From Camelus dromedarius (Eukaryota), in contig NC_087447.1 of the NCBI RefSeq assembly GCF_036321535.1, positions 50,656,001-50,720,000 of the forward strand: a stretch of 64,000 bases of DNA. Direction: 5' to 3'. The position numbers and the translations under genes were made by a program. The stretch's first letter is position 1, and the number at the start of each line of letters is the position of its first letter. The notes under the pieces were generated by a model. That model was not told where the DNA came from, did not search any database, and saw only the letters and a list, made by a program, of their open reading frames with translations. This document shows, in pieces, positions 1 through 14,065 of the stretch.

Positions 1-2748
1 AAGTGAAATAGTATCTATTGACTTCCTGCTTAAAAACTAATACTCATAGCTGCATTGTTCTTTTACTTTTTGCTTACTTTACTTTTTATCATACAAGTCA
101 TGATAAGGAACTGAAATATAGCAGTGATAGTGAGGATACTTGTAAGGGGGCTTGACTCCAGTGAGTATTTCCATCCTTAGTCCATTGACCTTCTGCCTCC
201 TGTGAGAGCTCAGACCTCTTTCTATCCTTTCCTCTTTTCATTTCCTTCTCCCCCAAATAGAAAGACCCTTCTATATGCATATAAAATATAAAGCAAGACA
301 CCTGTGTAAATGTACATAAAGAAGGATTTCAGTGAAATACTGTCTAATAGAAGAACAGGAAACAACATAGAATGTCCGTTGGTATGGGAATAGGTAAAAT
401 TTGTTATGTTCCTATGATAGCGTACTGTACAGCAGTTGAAAGGAACGAACTAGAGCATCTTTTTATCTATCTAATGGATTTCTCAATCATAATTTTTACT
501 GATAAGAATTATTGGCAGATGATATATACAGAGTTATTCTATTTAGATAAACATCAAAACACAAGTGAAGCAAAAATATTTATAGACACATATGTGTAAA
601 ATAATTTTTAAATGAATTACAATGATGCACACCAAATTAACAACCTCTGAAAGTGTGTGATTGGGAATTAGACTAGAGAGATGGGCGACTTTGACTTTAT
701 TAAAATACAAAGCTTGAGGCAGACATGACGAAGTGAAAACAATGATGGATTCTATGTGGTAGACGTGTTTGTCCCATTATTCTATTTTTTGCATTTTACA
801 GTTTCTGGAATTAAAACAAAGCTCATGTTGTGTAGCATCTGGTACAAGGTAGATACTTAATTTTCAGTTCTCTTCTTGTTTTCTTTACCCATTCCTATAG
901 GAGGAGTGATCAGTAACTGATAATACGCAGCCAATTAAAAAACCCAGTTATTTAAGCTTATCTAAGCACTTTAAAAAACTTCTCCTAACGAGGATGTTCT
1001 GAGGTACAAATTCAGGAAACAAACATCCTTTATGATAGATTGGGCCAGGAACCAGTTCTTACGAGAAATACTGATAATCCCTGTCTAGCAACTTTTGTGT
1101 TGGTATCTGGTTATTGCTTCTGCACTTGAAAGTCTTTTGTAAATTACAACTCAGTAGACACTATATCAAGTGAACTTATTGTGAAACCTTTGCTATTTAG
1201 TTAATTTGTTCTTAGTGGACATACTGTTGGTGTGATTATTTCTCTGTTTCTGTGATTGCCTCTTTCATGTTGTTGGCAACAAGGATAGCTAATAACTTGT
1301 GTGGTGACTTTCTTGAATGCTTTTATTTGTTTTCATTTTGATTTTTAACTGTTCAGATTTATAGGATTATTTTTGAATCCAAGAAAATAAGCTGATGATG
1401 TCAATTTTATGAAACTGTTGTTACTTATCATGGCATACCAACTAACTGTCACAAATAAGTCCTAGAATAACCATTGCTAATTCTTAATTTTTTTTAAGAT
1501 TACATATAATTCCAGTGACTCTATTACTATTTTTTCCCTAATAAATGATTGTAGGTGTATATTATTCTAAACTGTTTTACCATATTAGAATAAAACTGTT
1601 ATATCTTATTATGGAATAAAATCTTAAAAAGGAATCTAACATTTATTGTGCACCTACTCAGTTCACTTTTTGCAGTATTTTATCATCACAGCAATAGATA
1701 TTATGCCTCATCTACACATGAGAAGATTAAGCCTCAAGGTGATTAAATAACCTGAATAAACATTTCATAAAACAGAATATACCATTAATAAGCCAAAAGA
1801 AAAATGAATAAACAAACATAAAAATACTTAAGTAACCCAAAGAAATATAAGTTAAAACAACAATGATATATAATTTTCCACCTTTTAAATAAGACATTAT
1901 ATTGTTCAATATTACAAGGTTATAGTGTGAGCCACTTACCCTTACACACTGCTAATTAGATAATAAATCCTCCAACCATTTTGGAAAGTAATTTAATTGT
2001 GCTGTCTAATGTACCAAGTAAAATGATTCAATAAAGTGATTATCATATGGTAGAACATTATACTGCCATCCAAATGATATTTTTAGTGATATTTAAATTA
2101 CATGGATAAATACTCATGTGATAATGTTAAGTATGAAAGTTGACTTCAGTGCTGTTGAAGTTGTATGATTCTAAATTTATTTTAAATATTAGATGGCAAT
2201 ATATAAAAACAGTGTGGTGGAGGGCATAAGAATGTGATTTTATATTTCTGTATTTTCCATTTTTTTCAAGTGGGCATACAGTGCTTTTATATTCATTGAA
2301 AATGACTATTTTTAGAGTTGAAAAGTTATAGTTATTAAGATTACTCTGAACAGTATTTACTACTATTTGGTGTGTCATATCTGCTACTACCTGCCCATCT
2401 GCCTTTTTCCTCTTTTTCTGTAGAACAGCCTTCTCTGCTTCACTATACATCTGGCCAAAATATGGATACCTTGACTTTAGCTTTGCACCACCTTCCAGTA
2501 CAAGTATCTAAAGGGTATTGCTTTTATTTGAGTTCTGATTTTAATTTTCCAGACAAAAAGCCTGGGATTAGTGTGAGATTTGTGAAGGGGGATGAGGAAA
2601 TGGGGAAGATCTGATAACCTCCCACTCACTCCAGAAGGGGCTGGGGAGCCAACACTGAAAGGAAGCTGGACACTTTCTTCAAGAGGAGATTCTCTTAGAA
2701 ATTCATCCTGTGAACTTAATAAAATAAATAAACAAATAGGTTCAAGAA

Positions 2749-3021
2749 CGTTATAGTGGCTTGAAAGGTTGCTCCCCAAAATTCATGTCTACCCAGATCT
2801 TCAGAATGTGACCTTATTTGGAAATATAGGATCTTTGTAGATTTAATTAGTTATATCTTTCATCTTGAGATGAAATCGTCCTAGATTTAGGGTGGTCCCT
2901 AAGTCCAATGACTGATATTTTTATAAGATGAAGAAAACCCTGAAACACAGAGAGAGGAAGACAGTGTGTACATGGAGGCTGAGATTGGAGTGATGTGTCT
3001 ACAAGTTAAGAAATGCCAAGA
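2749..3021 (+). mobile_element. MaLR LTR (MLT1B/C-like), 5' half, split by L1 insertion
   Basis: MLT1 motifs (gaatgtgaccttatttggaaat, ggaggctgagattggagtgatg); continues seamlessly at 10234. Confidence 0.8.
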
Positions 3022-4766
3022 GGAAGGGGCCAAGATGGCAGAGTAGAAGGATGCCCATAGCTCACCCTCTCCCACAAATACACCAAAACTCACATCCACG
3101 GACTCACCCAGCCAACCAGAGCACCTGCTGAACTCCAACAGAACATCGCCCTCTTCAAAAGACGTAGACGCCACAAATCTGGTAGGAGAAAAGGAAAAAA
3201 GTAAGTTGAAAAAGCAAAACAGTGCGGGACCAGCCCCACAGGGATGGAGTGACAAAGGAGGAATAGCGCTTGTTTGCTGAATCTCCCCCTCTCCAAATGA
3301 GAGGCCATGGGATGGAGGGGGAGCCTGTGAGGCTCAGATCTGTATGGAGCACCCCTTGACCAACAGAACTAAGTTAAACAGGCACAAAGGGTCCCTCCGA
3401 CACCCAGCCTGAGACATGAGCCAGCAGCTGGGGGACAGGACAGGCTGCCCGAGCCAGGCAGAGGACTGGGGCAGCTGCACTGAGTCAGCCCCGGGGGACT
3501 GCAGGGTGCTGCGCACCATGGCTGGGAGGGGATACAGAGCAGAACAACCTGGGACCCCCATAAATTACGAGGGAAAAAAGCAAAACAACACTGCTGGTGT
3601 GTCCTGGGGGGAGGGGCCCCATAGCCTTTGTCTCCTCAGACCTATGGTGCCATTATTGGTGCTTCTCGAGAGAAGAGAGGTGGGGCACAGCCACTGTCAC
3701 CGTATCCTCCTGTGTGCAGCACCCAGGCAGGGGCGGGGCCAAGACCTGAATCTGTACATGGGGGCTCCGCAACCTCCTAGTCAGGACTGAGATTTGTTTA
3801 CAGCCCAAGGCAGATAGGATCTTTCTGCCCTAGTACATCTGAGTACTTGCAACACCAAGACAAACAAGGAGCTGAGTTTTGGCATGGAGCAGGGGTGAGG
3901 CTGTTCCACGGTCTTCCCCGAGCCCACCTACAGAATGCCCACCCGAGGCAGAGCAGGCAGCTGCACAGAGTAGGGAGAGGGCAGGTGGCCACCTGCCTTC
4001 CTGGCAGGAATGCAGCACCTGACCACAGTGCTGGAAGGGGGCGCAATCCACCCGCCTACTTCAGGGAGCGCAGCATCTGACTGCAGAATCGGGAGGGAGA
4101 GTGACCTGCCTGCACACCATGAAGGAGTGCAACACATGACCCAGTGTTGGGAGGGGGCGCGATCTGCTTGCTGACAGGGACTGGGAACAGCACAGACGAG
4201 GGCGCCAATGGAGGGCCTCTGGAAACAGCAGGCTGAGTTCCCAAAACAGGGCAAAGACAGAAAGACTTCTCGATAAAATTGTTAAGAGTGCACAGTCTTG
4301 AGAACACATCCCTTTTTTTTTAAAATCTTTTTTAATCTGTTCTATTTTTTATTACCTTTTTAATCTTTACTTTTTAAAAAGTGTATATGTCTCCAGTTTT
4401 AATCCCTTTAAAATTTTTCTTTCAAAATCTTTTTATTATTATTTTAAAAAATCCACCTCATTTCATTTTTATTTCTCTTGGTTTTGATCTACTGTTATTG
4501 ATTATACACAAGTTTCAAATATAGTTTTTTGATCTTTTCTCCTTTTTTTAAAGATTTTTAAAAGATGTCTCAACTCAATTGCTATTCTGCTTCAACTTGC
4601 TCTTCTATTATTGATTATACAGTTTTCAAACCTTTTTTTCTCCTTTTAAAATTCTTTTTTTTTTTTAAGTTTTATTCCTGCATAGGCTTTAGATAGATAA
4701 ATAAATAAACTCCTTAAGGACCACAATAGATAACTGATACTCCATAAGCCATAGTGCCAGAGAGAT

Positions 4767-5669
4767 ATGAGCAAGATGAAGAAGCAGAGGAACCACTCCC
4801 AATTAAAAGAGCAAGAGAAACCCCCTGAAAGAATTATCAATGAAATAGACATTGATGGCCTACTAGATCAAGATTTCAAAAAAGGAGTGATCAAAGTACT
4901 GAAGGAACTAAAAGAGATAGTGTTTAGAGATATAAAATATGTCAGAAATGAAATTGAAGCTATAAAGAAGAGCCATGTAGAATTGGTAAACTCATTTGCT
5001 GAAATGAGAGCTGACCTAAAGGCTGTACAAAGCAGGCTAGATAATGCAGAGGAACAAATAAGTGACCTAGAAGATAAGACAACAGAAAGCACCCACTCAG
5101 AACAGCTGAGAGAAAAACAAATAAAAAACAATGCAAATAATATAAGGGGCCTATGGGATAATATAAAGTGTGCCAATCTACGCATAATAGGGGTTCCAGA
5201 AGGGGAAGAAAGAACAAAGGGGATTGAAAAGGTATTTAAAGAAATCATGACTGAAAACTTCCCAAACCTAAAGAAGGAATGAGATATCCAAGTACAGGAA
5301 GCTCAGAGGGTCCCAAACAGGAAGAACCCAAACAGACCCACACCAAGACATACCATGATCAAGATGGCCAGAGTCAAGGATAAAGAAATGATCCTAAAGG
5401 CAGCAAGAGAAAAATGAAGAGTGAGTTACAGGGGAACCCCCATAAGGCTCACAGCTGATTTCTCTACACAAACACTACAGGCCAGAAGGGAGTGGCAAGA
5501 TATATTCAAAGTTCTGAATGAAAAAAAGATGCAGCCTAGGATACTTTATCCAGCAAGGCTATCCTTTAGGATAGAAGGCGAGGTAAAGAATTTCACAGAC
5601 AAGCAAAAACTAGAAGAGTTTAGCAACACTAAACACATGCTAAAGGAAATATTGACAAGTCTACTCTAA
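4767..5669 (+). pseudogene. L1 ORF1p, disrupted by two premature stops
   Basis: Colinear and same length (903 nt) as the intact ORF1 at 39667-40569; TGA at 5280-5282 and 5415-5417. Confidence 0.93.
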
Positions 5670-6077
5670 ATAGAAAAGAAGCAGAATGTACAAAAATGAG
5701 AAACTCATACCTGGACAGGTGATAACTATCATGAATTACAAATAGAATAAACACAAAATAGTAAAAGAAGACATTTAAATCATTAAGAGTGGGAAAGGGA
5801 AGCAAGAAAATACAGAGTTTTTGTTTTCTTTCTTTTTAAGATTTTTTGTTCTCCGTAGGATGGATTTGAGCTTATATTACTATGTGTTTAATACAAACAG
5901 TCATAGTAATGGGTTAATAGACTTACAAATAAGGGTAACCACAAGCCAAAAACTTACAAGTGAGGCACAAAAACTAAATAAAATCCAACATAATACAAAG
6001 GAAAATTACCAAACCATAAAAGGAAGAAGAAAGGAACAAAGAGGAAATACTAAATCACGTGCAAAAATAAGTTCAAA

Positions 6078-9000
6078 ATGGCGATAAACACACATCCACC
6101 ATTAATTACTGTAAATGTTAATGGACTAAATGCTCCAATCAAAAGATGTAGAATGGCAGACTGGATAATAAAGCAAGAACTGTCAATATGCTGCATACAA
6201 GAGACCCACTTTAGGGAGAAGGACACATATAGATTGAGAGTGAAAGGATGGAAAAGGATATTCCATGCAAATGGAAAAGCCAGAAAAGCAGGTGTAGCAA
6301 TACTGATTTCAGACAAAATAGACTTTAAAACAAAGGCCATAAAGAAAGTTAAAGAAGGACATTTTATAATGGTTAAAGGGTAATACAAGGTAAGGATATT
6401 ACACTCATTAATATATATGCACCCAATATAGGAGCACCTAAGTACATAAAACAATTACTAACAGAGGTAAAGAGATATTGATGGGAATATTGATGGGAAT
6501 ACAATCATTGTTGGAGATTTTAACACCACGTTAACATCACTAGACAGATCGTCCAGACAGAAAATAAATAAGGCATCAGTGAAATTAAATGATACAATAG
6601 AAAAATTAGAGTTGGTAGATATTTTCAGAGCATTGCACCCCCCCCTCAAAATAGGATATACATTCTTTTCAAGTGCACATGGAACATTTTCTAGAATCGA
6701 TCATGTACTTGAGCACAAAAGAAGCCGCAACAATTTTAAGAAGATAGAAATTATCTCAAGCATCTTTACTGACCACAATGCCATGAAACTAGAAATCAAC
6801 TCCAGAGAAACAAAGAAGAAAAAAAGGGAAGCATGGAGATTAAACAACATGCTATTAAAAAACCAATGGGTCAATGATGAAATCAAAGTTGAAGTTAAAA
6901 AATACCTTGAGACAAATGAAAATGAAAACACAACCACACAAAATTTATGAGATGCAGCAAAGGCAGTGCTAAGAGGGAAGTCTATAGCGATACAGGCCTT
7001 CCTCAAAAAAAGAACGATCTTAAATAAATAATCTAACCCACTAGCTAAAAGAATTAGAAAAAGAAGAGCAAAAAACCCAAAAGTCAGCAGAAAGAAGGAA
7101 ATAATAAAGATGGAGGAAATAAATAAAATAGAGATTAAAAAAATAGAAAAAAAAAATCAATCAAACCAAAAGCTGATTTTTTTGAAAGAGTAAATAAAAT
7201 CAACAACCCTCTGGCCAAATTCACAAAGAAAAAAGAGAGAGCACAAATAAGCAAAATAAGGAAGGAAAATAGAGAAATTACATCAAATAACATAGAAATA
7301 CAGAATATCATACAAGAATATTATGAAAAACTATATGGAACTAAACTGGATAACGTAGAGGAGATGGGCAAGTTTCTGGAAACATACAGTCCACCAGGAC
7401 TGAATCAAGAAGAAACTTGAACAAACCGATCACTAGAAATGAAATGGAATTAGCAATAAAAACCCTCCCTACAAATTAAAGTCCAGGACCGGACAGCTTC
7501 ACCAGGGAATTCTACCAAACATACAAAGAAGAACTCATACCAGTCTTTCTCAAACTCTTCCAGAAGATTGAAAAAGAGGGAGTACTCCCAAACTCATTCT
7601 ATGAAGCCACCATCACCCTGATACCAAAACCAGGCAAAGACACCACCAAAAAAGAGAATTACAGACCAATATCACTGATGAACATAGATGCAAAAATCCT
7701 TACCAAAATATTAGCAAATAGAATTCAACAGCACATAAAAAAGATTATACATCATGATCAAGTGGGGTTCATCCCAGGGACACAAGAGTGGTTCAACATA
7801 CGCAAATCAATCAATGTAATACATTACATCAACAAGAGAAAAGACAAAAACCACCTGATCGTCTCAATAGTTGCGGAAAAGCATTTGATAAAATTCAACA
7901 CCCATTTATGATAAAAACTCTCACCAAAGTGAGTATAGAGGGAACATATCTCAACATAATAAAAGCTATATATGACAAACCTACAGCCAGCATAGTACTC
8001 AACAGTGAAAGACTCAAAAGCTTCCCACTAAAATCTGGGACAAGACAAGGCTGCCCACTATCACCACTCCTATTCAACATAGTCTTGGAAGTCCTAGCCA
8101 CAGCAATCAGGCAAGAGAGAAATAAAAGGGATCCAAATTAGAAAAGAAGAGGTAAAAGTGTCACTATATGCAGATGACATACTATATATAGAAAACCCTA
8201 AAAGATCCACACAAAAACTACTAGAACTAATCGAAGAATTCGGCAAGGTAGCAGGTTACAAGATGAACGTTCAAAAATCAGTTGCATTTCTCTACACTAA
8301 TGATGAATCAACAGAAAAAGAAAGTAAAAAAAAATCCCTTTTAAAATAGCACTCAAAGTAATAAAATACCTGGGAATAAATCTAACCAAGGAGGTGAAAG
8401 ACGTATACACGGAAAACTATAAAACACTGATTAAGGAAATTAAAGAAGACTTAAAAAAATGAAAAGATATCCCATGCTCCTGGATTGGAAGAATCAATAT
8501 TGTTAAAATGGTCATACTGCTCAAGGCAATCTACAGATTTAATGCAATCCCTATCAAATTACCCAGGACATATTTCACAGAACTAGAACAAATCATAATA
8601 AAATTTATATGGAACCACAAAAGACCTAGAATTGCCAAAGCATTACTGAAGAAAAAGAAAGAGCTTGGAGGAATAACTCTCTCAGACTTCAGACAATACT
8701 ACAGAGCTACAGTAATCAAGACAGCATGATATTGGTACAAAAACAGACATATGGACCAATGGAACAGAATAGAGAGCCTAGAAATGAACCCACAGACTTT
8801 TGGTGAACTAATCTTCGACAAAGGAGGCAAGAATATACAATGGAATAAAGACAGTCTCTTCAGCAAATGGTGTCGGGAAAAATGGACAGCAGCATGTACA
8901 TCAATGAAGCTAGAACACTCCCTTACACTATACACAAAAATAAACTCAAAATGGATCAAAGACTTAAACATAAGACAAGATACAATAAACCTCCTGGAAG

Positions 9001-9884
9001 AAAACATAGGCAAAACATTATCTCACACACATCTCAGAAATGTTCTCCTAGGGCAGTCTACCCAAGCAATAGAAATAAAAGCAAGAATAAACAAATGGGA
9101 CCTAATTAAACTTACAAGCTTCTGCACAGCAAAGGAAACATAAACAAAACAAAACAACAACCTATGGAATGGGAGAAAATTTTTGCAAATGAAACCGACA
9201 AAGGCTTGATCTCCAGAATATATTAAGCAGCTCATACGACTTAATAAGAAAAACACAAACAACGCAATCCAAAAATTGGCAAAAGACCGTAACAAGCAAT
9301 TCTCCAAGGAAGAAATACAAATGATCAATAGGCACATGAAAAAATGCTCAATATCACTAATTATCAGAGAAATGCAAATCAATACTACAATGAAGTATCA
9401 CCTCATACCAGCCAGAATGGCCATCATTCAAAAATCCACAAATGACAACTGCTGGAGAGGCTGTGGAGAAAAGGGAACCCTCCTACACTGCTGGTGGGAA
9501 TGCAGGTTGGTGCAGCCACTGTGGAAAACAGTATGGAGATTCCTCAAAAGATTAGGGATAGGCTTAACATATGACCCAGTAATCCCACTCCTGGGCATAT
9601 ATCTAGATGGAACCCTACTTCAAAAAGACACCTGCACCCCAATGTTCATAGCAGCACTATTTGCAATAGCCAAGACATGGAAACAGCCTAAATGTCTATC
9701 AACAGATGACTGGATAAAGAAGATGTGGTATATTTATACAATGGAGTACTTATTCAGCCATAAAAACCGACAACATAATGCTATTTGGAGCAACATGGAT
9801 GTTCCTGGAGAATGTCATTCTAAATGAAGTAAGCCAGAAAGAGAAAGAAAAATACCATATGAGATCCTCATATGTGGAATCTAA
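6078..9884 (+). pseudogene. L1 ORF2p (endonuclease/reverse transcriptase), multiply disrupted
   Basis: Fragments with NVNGLN, IQET, LYADD, CWRGC..HCWWEC; many stops and frameshifts. Confidence 0.93.
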
Positions 9885-10233
9885 AAAAAAAAAAAAAAAA
9901 AAAGAACATAAATACAAAATAGAAACAGACTCATAGACATAGAATACAAATTTGTGGTTTCAAGGGTGTGGGTGGGAAGGGGTGTGGATGGGAAGGGATA
10001 AACTGGGAGTTCAAAGATTGTAGATACTGACAGGCATATGTAGAATAGATAAACAAGATTATACTGTATAGCACAGGGAAACATATACAAGATCTTGTAG
10101 CTCACAGTGAAAAAAATGTGACAATGAATATATGTATGTTCAAGAATGAATTTGGCACAACATTGTGAAATGGCTATAACTCAATAAAAAAAGTTTAAAA
10201 AAATTAAAAAATAAACAAACCTAAAAAAAAAGA

Positions 10234-10441
10234 AAGAAACGCCAAGAACTGCTGGCAACAACCACAAGCTGAGAGACAAGTATGGGGCAGTTTTTCCCTC
10301 AGAGCCTCCAGAAGAAACCAACCCTGCTGACACCTGATTTCCGACTTCGGACTCCTGAACTGTGGAAGAATACATTTTTGTTGTTTTAAGTCACCTAGTT
10401 TATGGTAGGTAGTTTGTTGTGGTAGCCCTAGGACTAATACG
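10234..10441 (+). mobile_element. MaLR LTR (MLT1B/C-like), 3' half
   Basis: cagagcctccagaagaaaccaaccctgctgacacc...ttgttgttttaagtcacctagttt...gccctaggactaatac MLT1 3' end. Confidence 0.8.
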
Positions 10442-10644
10442 ATGCTCACAGCATTTTTTTCAAAGTAAAAACCTGGAAATAACATAACTGTCCACCAATA
10501 AGGGGTTGATTGCATAAATTATAATGCAATGTAATATGATGTAATACTATGCGATTATTTTTTTAAATGGTAGCTCTCTGTAGATTAAAGAAGGCAGTGA
10601 TACATTTTTAAAAACTGTTCGACATTCAGGTAATATTTTATTTT

Positions 10645-11789
10645 TAATTTTTTTCCTTCCAGTTTTATTGAGATATAATTGACATGTAGCACTGTATAAG
10701 TTTAAGATGTACAAGAAGTGATTTGACTTCCATACATCATGAAATGATTACCACAGTAACTTTAGTGAATATCCATCATCATATAGAAGTACAAAATTAA
10801 AGAAATAGAAAAAATTTTTTTCCTTGTAATGAGAACTCTTGGGATTCACTCTCTTAACAACTTCATATATAACATGCTGCAGTGCTAGTTTTGTTTATCA
10901 TATACATTACATCCCTCATACTATTTTAGTTCAGTTATCTTATAACTGGAAGTTTGTACCTTTTTACTACCTTCATCCAATTCCCCCTCCCCCCATCCTC
11001 CACCTCTGGTAACCACAAATCTGATCTCTTTTGATATGAATTTGTTTGTTTTTGAAGTATAATTGACCTGGTACACAATATGGTGATTTGATTATTTTAT
11101 ACATTTGATTATTGTATACATTTCAAAATACATTTCAAAATGACCACCATGGTAAGTCCAGTTACCATCCATCACCATACAAAGATACTACATAATTATT
11201 GGCTGTATTCCCCACACTGTACATTTCATACGTATGACTGTTTTGTAATTGAAAGTTTGTACCTCTTTATCTCCCTCACCTATTTCCCTCCTCCCCCATC
11301 CTGCCGCTCCCCTGTGTCAACCACCTGTTTGTTCTCTGATCTGTGAGTGTGTTTCTGTTTAGTTATGTTTGTTCATTTGTCTTGTTTTTTAGATTCCACA
11401 TATAAATGAAATCATACAGTATTTCTATCTGACTTATTTCACTTAGCATAATACCCTCTAGGTCATCTGTGTTGTTGCAGATGGCAAGATTTCATTCTTT
11501 TTTATGTCTGAGTAATATTCCGTGTGTGTGTGCGTGTGTGTGTGTGTGTGTGTACACAATGAACACAGGGGTGCATATATCATTTTGAATTAGTGTTTTC
11601 ATTTTCTTTGAGTAAGTACCTAGGAGTGGAATTGCTGGATCATATGGTAGTTTTATTTATTTATTTTTTTTGAGGACTCTTCATACTGTTTTCTATAGTG
11701 GCTTCACCAGTTTACATTCCTGCCAACATTGCATGAGGGTTCCCTTTTCTCCACATCCTTGCCAACACTTGTTAATTGTTGTCTTTTTT
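10645..11789 (-). mobile_element. Old L1 3' end (L1MA9-like)
   Basis: T-rich tail, L1 3'UTR and ORF2 C-terminal sequence on minus strand. Confidence 0.75.
11522..11553. repeat. (GT)n microsatellite
   Basis: gtgtgtgtgtgcgtgtgtgtgtgtgtgtgtgt. Confidence 0.9.
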
Positions 11790-14065
11790 AAATAGAGGTA
11801 TTGTTGATGTGCAGTATTACATGTTTCAGGTGTATAACATAGTGATTCACAATTTTTAAAGGTTATATGCCATTTATGGTTATTATAAAATATACACTGG
11901 CTATATTTCCTGTGTTGTACTATATATTCTTTATATATTCTTGTAGCTTATTTATTTTATATGTAGTGGTTTGTACCTCTTAACCCCTATCCCTATCTTG
12001 CTCCTCCCCGCTTCCCTTTCCTCACTGGCAACCACTAGTTTGTTCACTGTATCTGTAAGTCTGTTTCTTTTTTTGTTATATCCACTAGTTTGTTTTATTT
12101 TTTAGATTCCACATGTAAGTAAAATCCTATAGTATTTGTCTTTTCTTTGTTACTTACTTCACTTAGCATAATACCCTCCAAGTCCATCCATGTTGTTGCA
12201 GATGGCAAAATTTCACCCTTTTATGGCTGAGTAGTATTCCATTGTGTCTATATTATCATATCTTCTTTATCCATTCATCAGTTGTTGGACACTTAGGTTG
12301 CTTCCATATCTTGGCAATTGTAAATAATGCTGCTATGAACATTGGGGTGCATATATTTTTTTGAATTACTGTTTCATTTTTTTCTTTCAGATTTATACCC
12401 AGGAGTGGAACTGCTGAGTTGGTAGTTCTATGTTTAGTTTTTTTGAGGAACCTCCATACTTTTTTCCACAATGGCTGGACCAATTTACATTTCTACCAAG
12501 AGTGTATGGGGGTTCCCTTTTCTCCACATCCTTGCCAGCCTTTGTTGTTTATGATCTTTTTGATGGTAGTCATTCTGACAGGTGTGAGGTAATATCTCAT
12601 TGTGGTTTTAATTTGCATTTTTCTGATGATTAGTGATGTTGAGCATCTTTTCATGTGTCTGTTGGCAATCTATATATCTTTTTTTTTTTTTTTGGTACAT
12701 CTTCTTTGGAAAAATGTCTATTCAGGTCTTCTCATTTTTTTAATGGGTTATTTTTTTGATGTTGAAATGTGTGAACTGTTTATATATGTTGGATATTAAC
12801 CCTTTATCAATTATATCATTTGCAAATATTTCTGTTTGGTAGGTGCCCTTTCTTTTTGTTGATAGTTTCCTTTGTTCTGCAAAAACCTTTTTGTTTAATG
12901 TAGTCCCATTTGCTTATTTTTGCTTTTGTTTCCCTGGCCTGAGGAGACATATCCAAAAACATATTGCTGAGACCAATGTCAAAGAGTATACTGCCTATGT
13001 TTTCTTCTAGATGTTTTTCAGTTTTAGGTACTACATGTAAGTCTTCATCCATTTTGAGTTTATTTTTGTGTATGGTATGAAAAAGTAGTCCATTTTGATT
13101 CTTTTCCATGTAGCTGTCCAGTTTTCCAAACACCACTTAGTGAAGAGGCTATCTTTCCCCCATTGTATATTCTTGCCACTTTTGTCATATATTAATTGCC
13201 CATATAAGTGTGGGTTCATTTCTGAGCTCTCTGTTCTGTTCCATTGATCTGTTTGTCTGCTTTTGTGCCAGTGCTATACTGTTTTGATTACTGTGGCTTT
13301 GTAATATAGTTTGAAATCAGGGCCTGTGATAGTTCCAGCTTTGTTCTTTTTTCTCAAGATTGTTTTTGGCTATTTGAGGTCTTTTGTGTTTTCATACAAA
13401 TTTTAGTATTATTTAATCTAGTTCTGTGATAAGTGCTATTGGTATTTTGATAGAGATTGCACCGAATCTGTAGATTGCCTTAGGTAGAATAGTCATTTTA
13501 ACAATATTAAGTCTTACAATCCATGAGCACAGTATGTCTTTCCATCTATGTTGTCTTTAATTTCTTTCATCAGTGTCTTATAGTTTTCCAAGTACAGGTC
13601 TTTTACCTCCTTAGTTAGATTTATTCCTAGGTATTTTATTCTTTTTGATTTGCTTGTAAATGGGATTATTTTCTTAATTTCTCTTTCCAATAGTTTGTTA
13701 TTAGTGTATTTGAATTGCAACAAATTTCTATATATTAATTTTGTATGCTACAACTTTACTGAATTCATTGATGAGTTGTAGTTATTTTTGGTGGTATCTT
13801 TAGAATTTTCTATGTATAGAATCATGTCATCTGCACACTGACAGTTTTACTTTTTCCTTTTCAACTAGGATACTTCCTATTTCTTTTTCTTTTCTTAATT
13901 GCCATGGCTAGGACTTTCAATACTACTTTGAATAAAAGTGGCAAGAGTGGCATCCATGTCTTTCTTGTTCCTGCCTGATCTTAGAGGAAATGGTTTCAGC
14001 TTTTCACCTTTACATATGGTATTAGCTGTGGCTTGTCATATATGGCCTTTATAATGTTGAGGTAT
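11790..14065 (-). mobile_element. 5'-truncated L1 (3'UTR + 3' part of ORF2)
   Basis: Minus-strand ORF fragments [55 protein letters not shown]. Confidence 0.9.

Larger units (their letters stand above)
3022..10233 (+). mobile_element. Full-length LINE-1 (older subfamily, inactive), about 7.2 kb
   Basis: YY1-like AAGATGGC near 5' end, GC-rich 5'UTR, ORF1, spacer, ORF2, 3'UTR, A tail; 14-bp TSD AAGAAAT/CGCCAAGA at 3008-3021 and 10234-10247; TT|AAGA endonuclease-type site. Confidence 0.97.

Noticed and set aside
3416..3790. 124-aa sense ORF in the older L1 5'UTR
   Set aside because: Its ATG corresponds to GCG/ACG in the young copy (CpG decay product) and no equivalent ORF is present there
9964..9997. 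G-quadruplex-like tract (also 44860-44881)
   Set aside because: Real, but a known general feature of mammalian L1 3'UTRs
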